From assembly GCA_046290465.1 (NCBI GenBank), contig JBKAGP010000001.1, positions 6,112,001 to 6,176,000 of the forward strand: DNA of 64,000 nucleotides, read 5' to 3'. Below are positions 54,693-63,445 of the stretch, piece after piece. The translations under genes and the position numbers were made by a program. Numbering within the stretch: the stretch's first letter is position 1; every line of letters begins with the position of its first letter. Below the pieces are notes generated by a model, which had not been told where the DNA came from, did no database searches, and worked only from the letters and a program-made list of their open reading frames with translations. Origin of the DNA: Planctomycetota bacterium. GTDB lineage: Bacteria > Planctomycetota > UBA1135 > UBA2386.

Positions 54693-57212
54693 GTGAGCCG
54701 CCGCGAACCGCTGCCGATCGACGCGTCGCTGCCCGACGTGCTGCGCGCGCTCGAGCGCAGCACGACGGCGCTGCTGATGGCGCCGCCGGGCTCCGGCAAG
54801 ACCACGCGCGTGCCGCCGGCCCTGCTCGATGCGCTGGCCGACGGCGGCCAGGTCGTCGTGCTCGAGCCGCGTCGCCTCGCTGCGCGCGCCGCCGCGCAGC
54901 GGGTCGCGCAGGAACTCGGCTGCGAGCTCGGTGGCCTGGTCGGCTACCAGGTGCGCGGCGACTCCAAGGTCTCCAGGCAGACGCGGGTGCGGTTCGTGAC
55001 CGAAGGTGTGCTGGTGCGGCAGATGGTGCAGGACCCGTTCCTCGACGGCGTCGCCGCGGTCTGCCTCGACGAGTTTCACGAACGGCACCTCGAGGGCGAC
55101 CTGGCGCTGGCGATGCTGCAGGAGACCCGCACGACGGTGCGCGAGGACCTGCTGCTGTGCGTGATGTCGGCGACGCTCGACCCCGGCCCGCTGCAGGCGT
55201 TCCTCGCCGGCGCCGAGGTCGTCGAAGCGGACGGCCGCCTGCACCCGGTCGAGGTCGTGCACCTGCCGCGCGTCACCACCGCCGACCTCGAGGTGCTGGT
55301 GCGCGACGCCGTCGAGCGCGCGCTCGACGAGACCGACGGCGACGTGCTGGTGTTCCTGCCGGGCGTCGGCGAGATCTCGCGCTGCCAGCAGGCGCTGCAC
55401 AACCTCGCGCGCCGCCGCAACGTCGCGGCGCTGCCGCTGCACGGCCGCCTCGACCTCAAGGAGCAGAGCCGCGCGATCCGGCCGCTCGACCAGCGCAAGG
55501 TGGTGCTGTCGACCAACGTCGCCGAGAGCTCGCTGACGATCGCCGGCGTCACGGCGGTGGTCGACTCGGGCCTCGCCCGCGAACTGCGCTTCGACCGCGG
55601 CCGCGGCGTCGATGTGCTCGAACTCGGCCGCATCAGCCTCGCGTCGGCGACCCAGCGCGCCGGTCGCGCCGGCCGCACCGGCCCCGGCCGCTGCTATCGG
55701 CTATGGTCGCAGGCCGAGGAGCGCGGCATGCGGCCGCACTCGCTGCCCGACGTGCAGCGCGTCGACCTGTGCGGCCCGGCGCTGTCGGTGCGCGCGTTCG
55801 CCGGCCGCGACCCGGTCGCGTTCGGCTGGTTCGAAGCGCCGCCCGAGGACGCGCTGCAGCGCGCCGACGAGCTGCTGGCGATGCTCGACGCGATCGACGG
55901 CGCCGACGGCCGGCTGACCGCGCTCGGGCGCGAACTGCTGGCGATGCCGCTGCATCCGCGGCTCGGCGCGGTCGTGCTCGCCGGCCGCGAACTCGGCTGT
56001 TCGGTCGCCGCGGCGACCGCGGCGGTGCTGCTCAGCGACGTCGAGTCGCTCGGTCGCGACCGCGACGGCGCCGACCTGCACGCGGCGGTCGAGGCGTTCC
56101 TGCTGGCCGAGGAGCGTGGCTTCCCCGAGCACCTGTGCCGCGAGTTCGGTTCGTTTCCGGGCCCGGCGCGCGCGCTGCAGAAGACCCGCGACCGCATGTT
56201 GCGCCGCGGGGATCGCGACGACCCGCGGCGACGCGATACGACCCTGCTCAACCGCTGCCTGCTGCGGGGCTTCCCCGACCGGGTCGTGCGGCGCACGCCC
56301 GGTGCGGCGCTCGACGTGCGAACCGGCACGATGGTCTCCGGCCGCGGCGTGAGCTTGCCGAAGGTCTGCGACGGCGAGGAGCTGGTGCTGGCGCTGCGCC
56401 TGCACGAGGCCGGCCGCCAGCAGCGCTCGCAGGCCAACCTGACCGCGTCGCTGACGATGGAGGACCTGGAGCAGGCCGAGGGCCGCGCCCTCGAGAGCGT
56501 CGTCGTCGCCGAACTCGACGAGGCGCAGGGCCGCGTGTTCGCCGTTCGGCAGCAGCGCTACCGCGACCTGCCGCTGCGCTCGGCGCGCGGTGGCGAGCCG
56601 CCGCTCGATGAGGCGCGCGAGCTGCTGCTGCCGATCCTGGCGCGCGATCCGTGGCGCTGGCTCGGCGAGCAGAAGGAGCTGCGTCGCCTGCTCGGTCGCA
56701 TGGCCTGGCTGGCCGAACGCGCGCCGGACCTCGACCTGCCTGCTTTCGACGACGAGGCGGTGGCCCGCGCCGCGCTCGACCTGCTGGCCGGCACCGACCT
56801 CAAGCAGCTGCGCGACGTCAAGGTCAAGGAGGTGCTGATCCACCGGCTGACCCCGCAGCAGCAGCGCACGCTCAAGCAGGCAGCGCCGGACCGCATCGAG
56901 CTGCCGACCGGCCGCGCCGCCGTGGTCGACTACACCGCCGAGGCCGGCCCGACCGTCGCCGCGCGCCTGCAGGAGTTCTTCGGCCTGCCCGAGGTCGCGC
57001 GCCTCGCCGGCGGCCGCGTGCCGGTCGTGCTGCAGCTGCTCGCTCCAAACCACCGCCCGGTGCAGGTCACGACCGACCTCGCGAGCTTCTGGCAGAACGT
57101 CTACCCGCAGGTTCGCAAGGAGCTGAGCCGCCGCTATCCGCGCCACAGCTGGCCCGAGGATCCGCTGGCGGCCAACCCGGAGTCGCGGCCGAAGCCGCGG
57201 CGACGGCGGTAA
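54693..57212 (+). CDS. hrpB: ATP-dependent RNA helicase HrpB
   Basis: GSGKTT, EPRRLAAR, DEFHER, MSAT, TNVAESSLT, QRAGRAGR, C-terminal RLQE.FG...LLAPN.RP.Q.T.DL.SFW...RYP.H.WP. Confidence 0.96.
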   Translation: MSRREPLPIDASLPDVLRALERSTTALLMAPPGSGKTTRVPPALLDALADGGQVVVLEPRRLAARAAAQRVAQELGCELGGLVGYQVRGDSKVSRQTRVRFVTEGVLVRQMVQDPFLDGVAAVCLDEFHERHLEGDLALAMLQETRTTVREDLLLCVMSATLDPGPLQAFLAGAEVVEADGRLHPVEVVHLPRVTTADLEVLVRDAVERALDETDGDVLVFLPGVGEISRCQQALHNLARRRNVAALPLHGRLDLKEQSRAIRPLDQRKVVLSTNVAESSLTIAGVTAVVDSGLARELRFDRGRGVDVLELGRISLASATQRAGRAGRTGPGRCYRLWSQAEERGMRPHSLPDVQRVDLCGPALSVRAFAGRDPVAFGWFEAPPEDALQRADELLAMLDAIDGADGRLTALGRELLAMPLHPRLGAVVLAGRELGCSVAAATAAVLLSDVESLGRDRDGADLHAAVEAFLLAEERGFPEHLCREFGSFPGPARALQKTRDRMLRRGDRDDPRRRDTTLLNRCLLRGFPDRVVRRTPGAALDVRTGTMVSGRGVSLPKVCDGEELVLALRLHEAGRQQRSQANLTASLTMEDLEQAEGRALESVVVAELDEAQGRVFAVRQQRYRDLPLRSARGGEPPLDEARELLLPILARDPWRWLGEQKELRRLLGRMAWLAERAPDLDLPAFDDEAVARAALDLLAGTDLKQLRDVKVKEVLIHRLTPQQQRTLKQAAPDRIELPTGRAAVVDYTAEAGPTVAARLQEFFGLPEVARLAGGRVPVVLQLLAPNHRPVQVTTDLASFWQNVYPQVRKELSRRYPRHSWPEDPLAANPESRPKPRRRR

Positions 57213-57321
57213 GCCGCGCTGGCGCCAGATGGCGGGCCATGGCCAGGCCGCGCCGAAAACCCGTAGATTCGGGCCGCTCCCTGTACCCTCTTGGTGCACT
57301 CCGGCATTTGGGCCGCCGTCC

Positions 57322-57882
57322 ATGAGCCACTCCATCGCCGCGCCCCTGACCCACAGTCGGACCGAGCTGTTCGTCGACCGGCACCAGGTCGGGCTGTGGC
57401 GGTTCCTGCGCGCGCTCGGCTGTGATGCGCTGCATGCCGAGGAGCATTGCCAGGACGCGCTGCTCGCCGCGTTGCACCGCGGCATCGACCGGCTGCCGGA
57501 GCGCGAAGCGCACCGATGGCTGCGAACGGCCGCCCGCAACCTGTTTCGGATGCAGCTTCGCAAGGATGGGCGACGGCCGAAGACCGTCTCGCTGGACCTG
57601 CTGGAGGCCGGGTTCGGGGAGTTGCACGGTCAGGATCCGGACGGCGGGCGGGCGCTGCAGGCGCTGCGCTCGTGCCTGCGGGCCTTGCCGGGCCGGCAGC
57701 GCGACCTGATTGCGCGGCGCTACGAGCACGGACAGTCACGGCGCCAGATTGCGGCCGCGTTCCGTCTCGGAGAGGCGGCGATCAAGCAGGCACTGCGACG
57801 AGTGCGTCTGCGCCTGAAGGATTGCGTGACCCGTGCGTTGCACGGCCAGAGCCACTGCCCCGATGACCAGGAGACGACCTGA
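57322..57882 (+). CDS. ECF RNA polymerase sigma factor
   Basis: Region 2 (LWRFL..LG.D...AEE..QD...WL...ARN) and region 4 (CL..LP.RQR....RY..G.S...IA......A....L.R.R..L..C). Confidence 0.88.
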   Translation: MSHSIAAPLTHSRTELFVDRHQVGLWRFLRALGCDALHAEEHCQDALLAALHRGIDRLPEREAHRWLRTAARNLFRMQLRKDGRRPKTVSLDLLEAGFGELHGQDPDGGRALQALRSCLRALPGRQRDLIARRYEHGQSRRQIAAAFRLGEAAIKQALRRVRLRLKDCVTRALHGQSHCPDDQETT

Positions 57883-59273
57883 TGAGCCACCGAACGGATC
57901 CGGAGCTGGCGCCCGAATGGGACGAGCAGGCGATCGACGCGCTGCTCTGCGAGTATCTGACGCGCGAAGCGCCTCCGCGGATGACCGACGCGGTGCTGGA
58001 ACGGCATCACCGGGGCGACGGGGCCCTGGCCGCATCCGTCGTCGACGCTGCGGCCCACGCGGCGACCCGCCGATCGAACGGGACGTGGCTCGCGGCTGCT
58101 CTGCTGCTGCTCGGGGTCGGCGCGGTGCTCGGCACGATCTGGATGGCGGACGCCGACGACGCTGGTCGGCGCATGGCAGCGAACGGGCCGAAGGACCCGA
58201 TGCCGGAGCTGTGGCAGGATCCAGAGCCGCGGGAACGGCAGGATCCGAAGGGGAAGAAGGAAGCAGGTCGTGCCGAGCAGGAGCAGCAGGGAGGGGCGGG
58301 CCAGGAGCGACGGCCAGCGAAGCTGCCGTTCGAGATGCCGCCGTCGGAGGCCGGGGGGGACGAGCGGTTCTTCTTGCGCGTGGTCGACCATCAGGGCGGT
58401 CCGGTGCAGTCGTTCCGCTTCCGCGTGCTCGGCTCTTCGCTCGGCGATCGACCGCTGTTCGTCGGCATTCCCGCACTGCGCGACCTGCGTCGCGAGCCGC
58501 GCGACTTCTCGAAAGACGAGGGCCGCACCGCGGTGGAAGGGCTGCGCCCAGGGGTCTACCGCGTGCTGGTCGACGACGGGGTGCACGCGCCGTCGATGAG
58601 CGCCGCGTTCGCGGTAGCTCAGGGCTCGGCGGTCGAGGTCCTCGCCCAGCTGAAGATCGGTGGCACGATCTCGGGCGTCGTTCGCGATTCGCGCGGTGCG
58701 CCGGTGGCGGGTGCGGTCGTATCCACCGGGCTCACGTTGCCCGAAGGCATGGTCGATGCGAGTGCGTTCGGGGCGCACGTCCTGGACAGGCTGCCTGGTG
58801 TGATCACGCCGCGTCAGGTTACGACCGCGGCCGATGGCTCCTACTCGCTGCAGCGGCTGCGGCCCTCGAGCTACCACCTCAGCGTCGTGCACCCGGACTT
58901 CTGTGTCGAACGCCACCGCGACATCCAGGTCGAGGGCGGCAAGGAAGCGGCGGCAGCGAGGTTCGACGTTCGGTTGCGCGATGGCGCGCTGGTGCGGGGC
59001 AAGGTGTCGCTCGACGGGGCACCGGTGCCCGGCGCCCGCATCGCGGTCTTCACCGACGAGCGCGATGCCCGCCAGAAGTTGAGCATGCGGGCAGACGCGC
59101 AGGGACGGTTCGTTGCGCGGTTCCGGCTGCCGCCTGGCGACTACAAGATCTGCGGCAACGTCGAGCCGGTCGGCCGGCAGGCATCGAAGCTGGAGCAGCG
59201 GCGCCGCAGCAGCATCGCGTTCGCGGTCCGTCCGCGACAGGCGGAAGCCGAGGTCGACGTCGTGTTGCGCTGA
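57882..59273 (+). CDS. Putative anti-sigma factor: short cytoplasmic N-terminus, one TM, carboxypeptidase-regulatory-like repeats
   Basis: TGATG coupling to the ECF gene; WLAAALLLLGVG TM; G.V.D..G.PVAGA.V...TT.ADG.Y....L.P..Y.L.V.HP repeats. Confidence 0.78.
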   Translation: MSHRTDPELAPEWDEQAIDALLCEYLTREAPPRMTDAVLERHHRGDGALAASVVDAAAHAATRRSNGTWLAAALLLLGVGAVLGTIWMADADDAGRRMAANGPKDPMPELWQDPEPRERQDPKGKKEAGRAEQEQQGGAGQERRPAKLPFEMPPSEAGGDERFFLRVVDHQGGPVQSFRFRVLGSSLGDRPLFVGIPALRDLRREPRDFSKDEGRTAVEGLRPGVYRVLVDDGVHAPSMSAAFAVAQGSAVEVLAQLKIGGTISGVVRDSRGAPVAGAVVSTGLTLPEGMVDASAFGAHVLDRLPGVITPRQVTTAADGSYSLQRLRPSSYHLSVVHPDFCVERHRDIQVEGGKEAAAARFDVRLRDGALVRGKVSLDGAPVPGARIAVFTDERDARQKLSMRADAQGRFVARFRLPPGDYKICGNVEPVGRQASKLEQRRRSSIAFAVRPRQAEAEVDVVLR

Positions 59274-59485
59274 CCCGATCCGCGACCGGTCGAGAGCCGA
59301 TGCATTGGTCGTTCGGCACGTTGACGAGCTTGCCGACCGCGTCGTGGTCGCAACGGGCGCCGCGCCCGCGTCCGGTCCGGCCGTTGCCAACGGCAGTCCT
59401 CGCGACTGCCGCATTCCTGGACGCCGCGTGCCAACTGCTCAAGATCTGGGCGGTTGTGGTCGAAACCACTCATGGAACCGGACCC

Positions 59486-60859
59486 ATGAGCCTCGACCTG
59501 AAACTCGGACAACGGCAGGAGCAGCGCATGGCGCTGCTGCCCCAGATGCTGCAGTCCATCGAGGTGCTGCAGCTGGCAACCGCCGATCTGGTGGCGTTCG
59601 TCGACGCCGAGCTGCAGCAGAACGAGACGCTCGAGGTGCAGCGCCGCGAGGTCGAAGCGCCCGATGCCCCCGAGCCCAAGAGCAACGAACGCGACGAGCC
59701 GGACTTCGAGGAGTTCCGGCGAGCGCGCCCGGACGGCGACGACAAGAAGCTCGGCTTCCTCAACTCGGTGCCGGCGCGCGGGGGCAACCTGGTCGACCAC
59801 GTTCGCGAACAGCTGGCCTTCCGCGACGTGCCGCCGCTGATCGCCGAGGTCGTGGTGCTGCTGGCCGAACGCGTCGACGAGCGCGGCCTGCTGCCGCAGC
59901 CCGACACCGAACTGGCCGTCGAACTCGACCTCGGCAGCGACCTGGTCGGCGAGGCGCGCACGGCGCTGCAGCAGCTCGAGCCGGCCGGGGTCGGCGCGCA
60001 CGATGCCATCGAGGCGATGCTGATCCAGGCGCAGGCCGACCCGGACCTGCCGCTGATCGAGATGATGCTGCGCGAACACCTCGAGGAGCTGTCGCGCAAC
60101 AAGCTGCCCGACGTCGCGCGCGCGCTGTCGCTGTCGATCGACGAACTGCAGGACCTGATGGGGCGGGTGCGGTCGCTCAACCCGCGGCCGGGCGCCGAGT
60201 TCGTCGCCGACGACGACCTGCCGGTGCAGCCCGATGCGTTCGCCTGGCTGCAGAACGGCGAGGTGCGCGTCGCGCTCGACGACGAGGCGCTGCCCGACCT
60301 GCAGGTCAACGAGCAGTACGCGGCGCTGTTCGGCGACCGCCGGACCGAGCGTGAGGTGCGCGACTACCTGCGGCCGAAGCTGCGCTCGGCGCGGGACCTG
60401 ATCGACGCGATCCAGCAGCGCAAGGCGACGCTCGCGCGCGTCGTGCAGGCGACCATGGAGCAGCAGCGCGCCTTCCTCGAGAAGGGCCGCGCGGCGATCA
60501 AACCGCTGCGCATGAGCGACATCGCCGACCAGCTCGAACTGCACACGTCGACCGTCAGCCGCACGATCGCCGGCAAGTTCGTGCAGACCGATCGCGGCGT
60601 GTTCTCGTTGCGCGAGTTCTTCGACGGCAGCCGCATCGACGCGGCCAAGGCCGAGGGGCAGGGTCGCATGGCGGTCTCGCAACAGATCCAGGACCTGGTC
60701 GACCAGGAGGACAAGCTGCACCCGATGTCGGACGACGACATCGTCGCGGCGCTTTCCGGTCGCGGCGTGCAGGTGGCGCGCCGGACCGTTGCCAAGTACC
60801 GACGGGAGCTCAGCATCCCGTCCAGCTACCAGCGCAGGAAGTTCACCGACCCGTCATGA
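59486..60859 (+). CDS. rpoN: RNA polymerase sigma-54 factor
   Basis: Q.Q...L.PQ..QSI..LQL, EPAGVGA, LNPRPG, H.STVSR, SD..I, RpoN box ARRTVAKYR. Confidence 0.98.
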   Translation: MSLDLKLGQRQEQRMALLPQMLQSIEVLQLATADLVAFVDAELQQNETLEVQRREVEAPDAPEPKSNERDEPDFEEFRRARPDGDDKKLGFLNSVPARGGNLVDHVREQLAFRDVPPLIAEVVVLLAERVDERGLLPQPDTELAVELDLGSDLVGEARTALQQLEPAGVGAHDAIEAMLIQAQADPDLPLIEMMLREHLEELSRNKLPDVARALSLSIDELQDLMGRVRSLNPRPGAEFVADDDLPVQPDAFAWLQNGEVRVALDDEALPDLQVNEQYAALFGDRRTEREVRDYLRPKLRSARDLIDAIQQRKATLARVVQATMEQQRAFLEKGRAAIKPLRMSDIADQLELHTSTVSRTIAGKFVQTDRGVFSLREFFDGSRIDAAKAEGQGRMAVSQQIQDLVDQEDKLHPMSDDDIVAALSGRGVQVARRTVAKYRRELSIPSSYQRRKFTDPS

Positions 60860-61584
60860 CGCGCTACGACCCGTTCTCCTACGGCGAGGTTCCCCTCGAT
60901 TCCAAGCAGCCAGGCGACGCCGCTCCGGACGCCGAGGACCTGCTGTTCGCGGCAGGCGAGCAGAACAGCCAGGCGCCGCCGGCCGACGACAGCTGGTCGC
61001 TGTTGGAGGACAACGTCGATGGCCTGATGCCGGGCGAGACCGCCAGCACGGCGGAGACGATCGCGTTCGGCACCGAAGTGCTCGGTGAGGATGCCGGCGC
61101 CGGCGCGGCGATGCACGATCCGCTGACCGGCGGCGAGGCGATGAGCCTCGAGGACCTGCAGGACGCGTCGCCGCCGTCGGCGGGGATGGGCCAGCAGACG
61201 GGCCAGCAGACGGGCCAGCAGATGGCCCAGCAGATGGACCAGCCGAGCGAGCCGGCGATGGCCGAGCCGCCAGCCGCGCCCACCGGCGACGCCGAGCCGA
61301 GCACGCCGCGCGGCCGCGCGGTTAGGCGCCAGCCACTGGCGCCGCGCGCCGCCGCGCAGCCCGGCAGCGAGCCCGAGGCGCCGCAGCAGAAGCAGTTCGC
61401 GGCGGTGCCGCCCCGACGCGGTCTGCCGATCCTCGCGGCGTTCCTGCCGATCGCGCTGTGTGCCGGTGGCGGCACCGCGGCGTCGTGGTTCTGGGTGATG
61501 CAGAACAACCCGGTGATGGCCGGCATCCTCGGCGCGACCACGCTGGTCAGCGCGCTGTTCGCCTGGCTGCTTCTGCGCGGCTGA
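60856..61584 (+). CDS. Hypothetical protein: acidic low-complexity N-terminal region and two C-terminal TM helices
   Basis: ATGA overlap with rpoN; D/E/P/Q-rich, internal 12-bp repeat GQQT/GQQM at 61189-61245; hydrophobic hairpin at the end. Confidence 0.8.
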   Translation: MTRYDPFSYGEVPLDSKQPGDAAPDAEDLLFAAGEQNSQAPPADDSWSLLEDNVDGLMPGETASTAETIAFGTEVLGEDAGAGAAMHDPLTGGEAMSLEDLQDASPPSAGMGQQTGQQTGQQMAQQMDQPSEPAMAEPPAAPTGDAEPSTPRGRAVRRQPLAPRAAAQPGSEPEAPQQKQFAAVPPRRGLPILAAFLPIALCAGGGTAASWFWVMQNNPVMAGILGATTLVSALFAWLLLRG

Positions 61585-61602
61585 CGCTATCTGGTCGGCG
61601 GC

Positions 61603-62394
61603 TTGCCGACCTACCTGCTGACAGTCGCCTATGACGGCACGCACTTCCACGGCTGGCAGCGCCAGGTGGGCGTGCGCACGGTGCAGGAAGAGCTCGAGAA
61701 GGCGTGCGCGGCGATCGACCTGCCCGACACCCACGTCGAAGGTGCCGGGCGCACCGACACCGGCGTGCACGCGTTCGGGCAGTGCGCGCACATCCGCATC
61801 GGTCGGGAGTTCCCGCCCGCCAAGCTGCAGCTGGCGCTGAACTCCAACCTGCCCGAGGACGTCGCCGTGCAGCGCGTGGTCGAAGCGCCCGAGGGCTTCC
61901 ACGCGCGGTTCTTCGCCGGCGGCAAGCGCTACCTCTACCGTGTCGTCTGCAGCCCGGTGAAGCCGGCGGTGGGCCGGCCGTACTTCCACTGGAGCCGCCG
62001 GCCGGTCGACGTCGACGCGATGCGGGGCGCGATGCAGTGCCTGCGCGGCAAGCACGACTTCGCGTCGTTCGCGACCAACCCCGGCTACGCGCGCTCGCGC
62101 GGCACGGTGCGCACGCTGCAGCACGTGCACCTGGTGCGCCGGCGCGACGGCTTCGACTTCGCCGTGCAGGGCTCTGGCTTCCTCTATAACATGGTGCGCA
62201 ACCTGGTCGGCACGCTGCTCGAAGTCGGCTACGGCAACCGGCCGGTCGGTTGGGTGGACGAGGTGCTGCGCGGTCGCGACCGGCGGCTGGCCGGGGCGAC
62301 CGCGCCGGCGCGCGGCCTCTACCTGCTGCGCGTGCTGTACGGGCGGGATCTGAGCGTGCCGGCCGGCGAAGAACCGGGCCGCGACGACGGCTGA
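61603..62394 (+). CDS. truA: tRNA pseudouridine(38-40) synthase
   Basis: AYDGT.FHGWQRQ, TVQ, AGRTD.GVHA.GQ, FHARF, HDF.SF, GFLYNMVR.LVG, TAPA.GL.L; TTG start. Confidence 0.98.
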   Translation: MPTYLLTVAYDGTHFHGWQRQVGVRTVQEELEKACAAIDLPDTHVEGAGRTDTGVHAFGQCAHIRIGREFPPAKLQLALNSNLPEDVAVQRVVEAPEGFHARFFAGGKRYLYRVVCSPVKPAVGRPYFHWSRRPVDVDAMRGAMQCLRGKHDFASFATNPGYARSRGTVRTLQHVHLVRRRDGFDFAVQGSGFLYNMVRNLVGTLLEVGYGNRPVGWVDEVLRGRDRRLAGATAPARGLYLLRVLYGRDLSVPAGEEPGRDDG

Positions 62395-62420
62395 TCCGAT
62401 CTCGTCTACGATGCTCGGGG

Positions 62421-63266
62421 ATGAACGGATCCGATCTCGAACCCGGTAGCAGCGCCCCGACAACCCGGGTCGTCGGACGGCGCGATGCCGACCCTCGCGA
62501 GGCGGAGCTGTGGCGCCGGCTGCAGGCGTTCGAGCTGGACGCGGTCGACGCGGCGCTGCCGTTCTCGCAGCGGCTGGCGCGTGAGAACGGCTGGAGCCGC
62601 GCGTTCGCGCAGCGCGCGATCGACGAGTACCGGCGGTTCGTGTTCCTGGCGATGGTCGCCGGCCACCCGGTCACGCCGTCCGACGAGGTCGACCAGGTCT
62701 GGCACCTGCACCTCTGCTACACGCGTTCGTACTGGGACGAGCTGTGCTGTACGATCCTGCCGCGGCCGCTGCACCACGGGCCGACGCGCGGCGGCGGCGA
62801 CGAACGGCACAAGTACGACGTGTGGTACCGCCGCACGCTGGCCAGCTACCGGCGGGTCTTCGGCGAGGAGCCGCCGCCCGCGTGGTGGCCGTCGCCGCAG
62901 CTTCGGTTCGCCCCGCGGCGCTGGCGGCGCGTCGACGTCGGCTCACAGCTGGTCGTCGCGCGCGCGTGGCTGGTGGCGGCCGTCGCGCTGGCCTCGTTGC
63001 TGCTGCTGCCGGCGTGCCGGGGCGTGCACGTCGCCGTTGGCATCGTCACGTTGGTCGGCTTGTTCGGGCTCGGGTGCATCATCTGGGCGGCGATCCGCAG
63101 CGGCGGCGGCGGCGGCCGAGGCGGCGACCACGGCGGCTGCGGCGATGCCGGCGGCTACGGGTGTGGCGGCGGTCGCGACGGCGATTCCGGCTGCGGCAAC
63201 AGCGGCTGCGGCGGCAGTGGTTGTGGCGGTGGTGGTTGTGGCGGCGGTGGCTGCGGCGGCGACTGA
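62421..63266 (+). CDS. Glycine-rich-domain (GRDP/DUF1399-like) membrane protein with Gly/Cys-rich tail
   Basis: RLARENGW....A.RAI.EY.RF.FL...PSD.VDQVWHLH..YTRSY...C......LHH.P; two hydrophobic segments; tail with 7 GCG units. Confidence 0.85.
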   Translation: MNGSDLEPGSSAPTTRVVGRRDADPREAELWRRLQAFELDAVDAALPFSQRLARENGWSRAFAQRAIDEYRRFVFLAMVAGHPVTPSDEVDQVWHLHLCYTRSYWDELCCTILPRPLHHGPTRGGGDERHKYDVWYRRTLASYRRVFGEEPPPAWWPSPQLRFAPRRWRRVDVGSQLVVARAWLVAAVALASLLLLPACRGVHVAVGIVTLVGLFGLGCIIWAAIRSGGGGGRGGDHGGCGDAGGYGCGGGRDGDSGCGNSGCGGSGCGGGGCGGGGCGGD

Positions 63267-63445
63267 CCGGCGCGGTTGGCCCCCGAACGGGAACTTCGTC
63301 TTTTCGCGACCGATCGGCGCGGCCGTTCGGCCACTGGACGCCCCGTGCCCGGGGCTGCCATCCAGGGCACGGATTTCCGCACGGAATGACGAATATGGCC
63401 CAACGCCGGTCGTTGGGCCGCCCTTTCCAAGACCGCCCACCTGCC

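Noticed and set aside
59280..59485. Sigma-54 -24/-12 promoter near rpoN (GGCAC hits; also 22487 and ~63365)
   Set aside because: None has TTGC at the required spacing from the GG. The nearest match (TGGCATGCGCGTTCC at 22487) points away from any gene start.
57833..60859. 1008-aa extended RpoN, and similar N-terminal extensions in the track for DHOR, adk, alr, lemA and the 1313-aa propeller
   Set aside because: The extensions overlap other real genes in different frames. True starts were reset to family N-termini or signal peptides.
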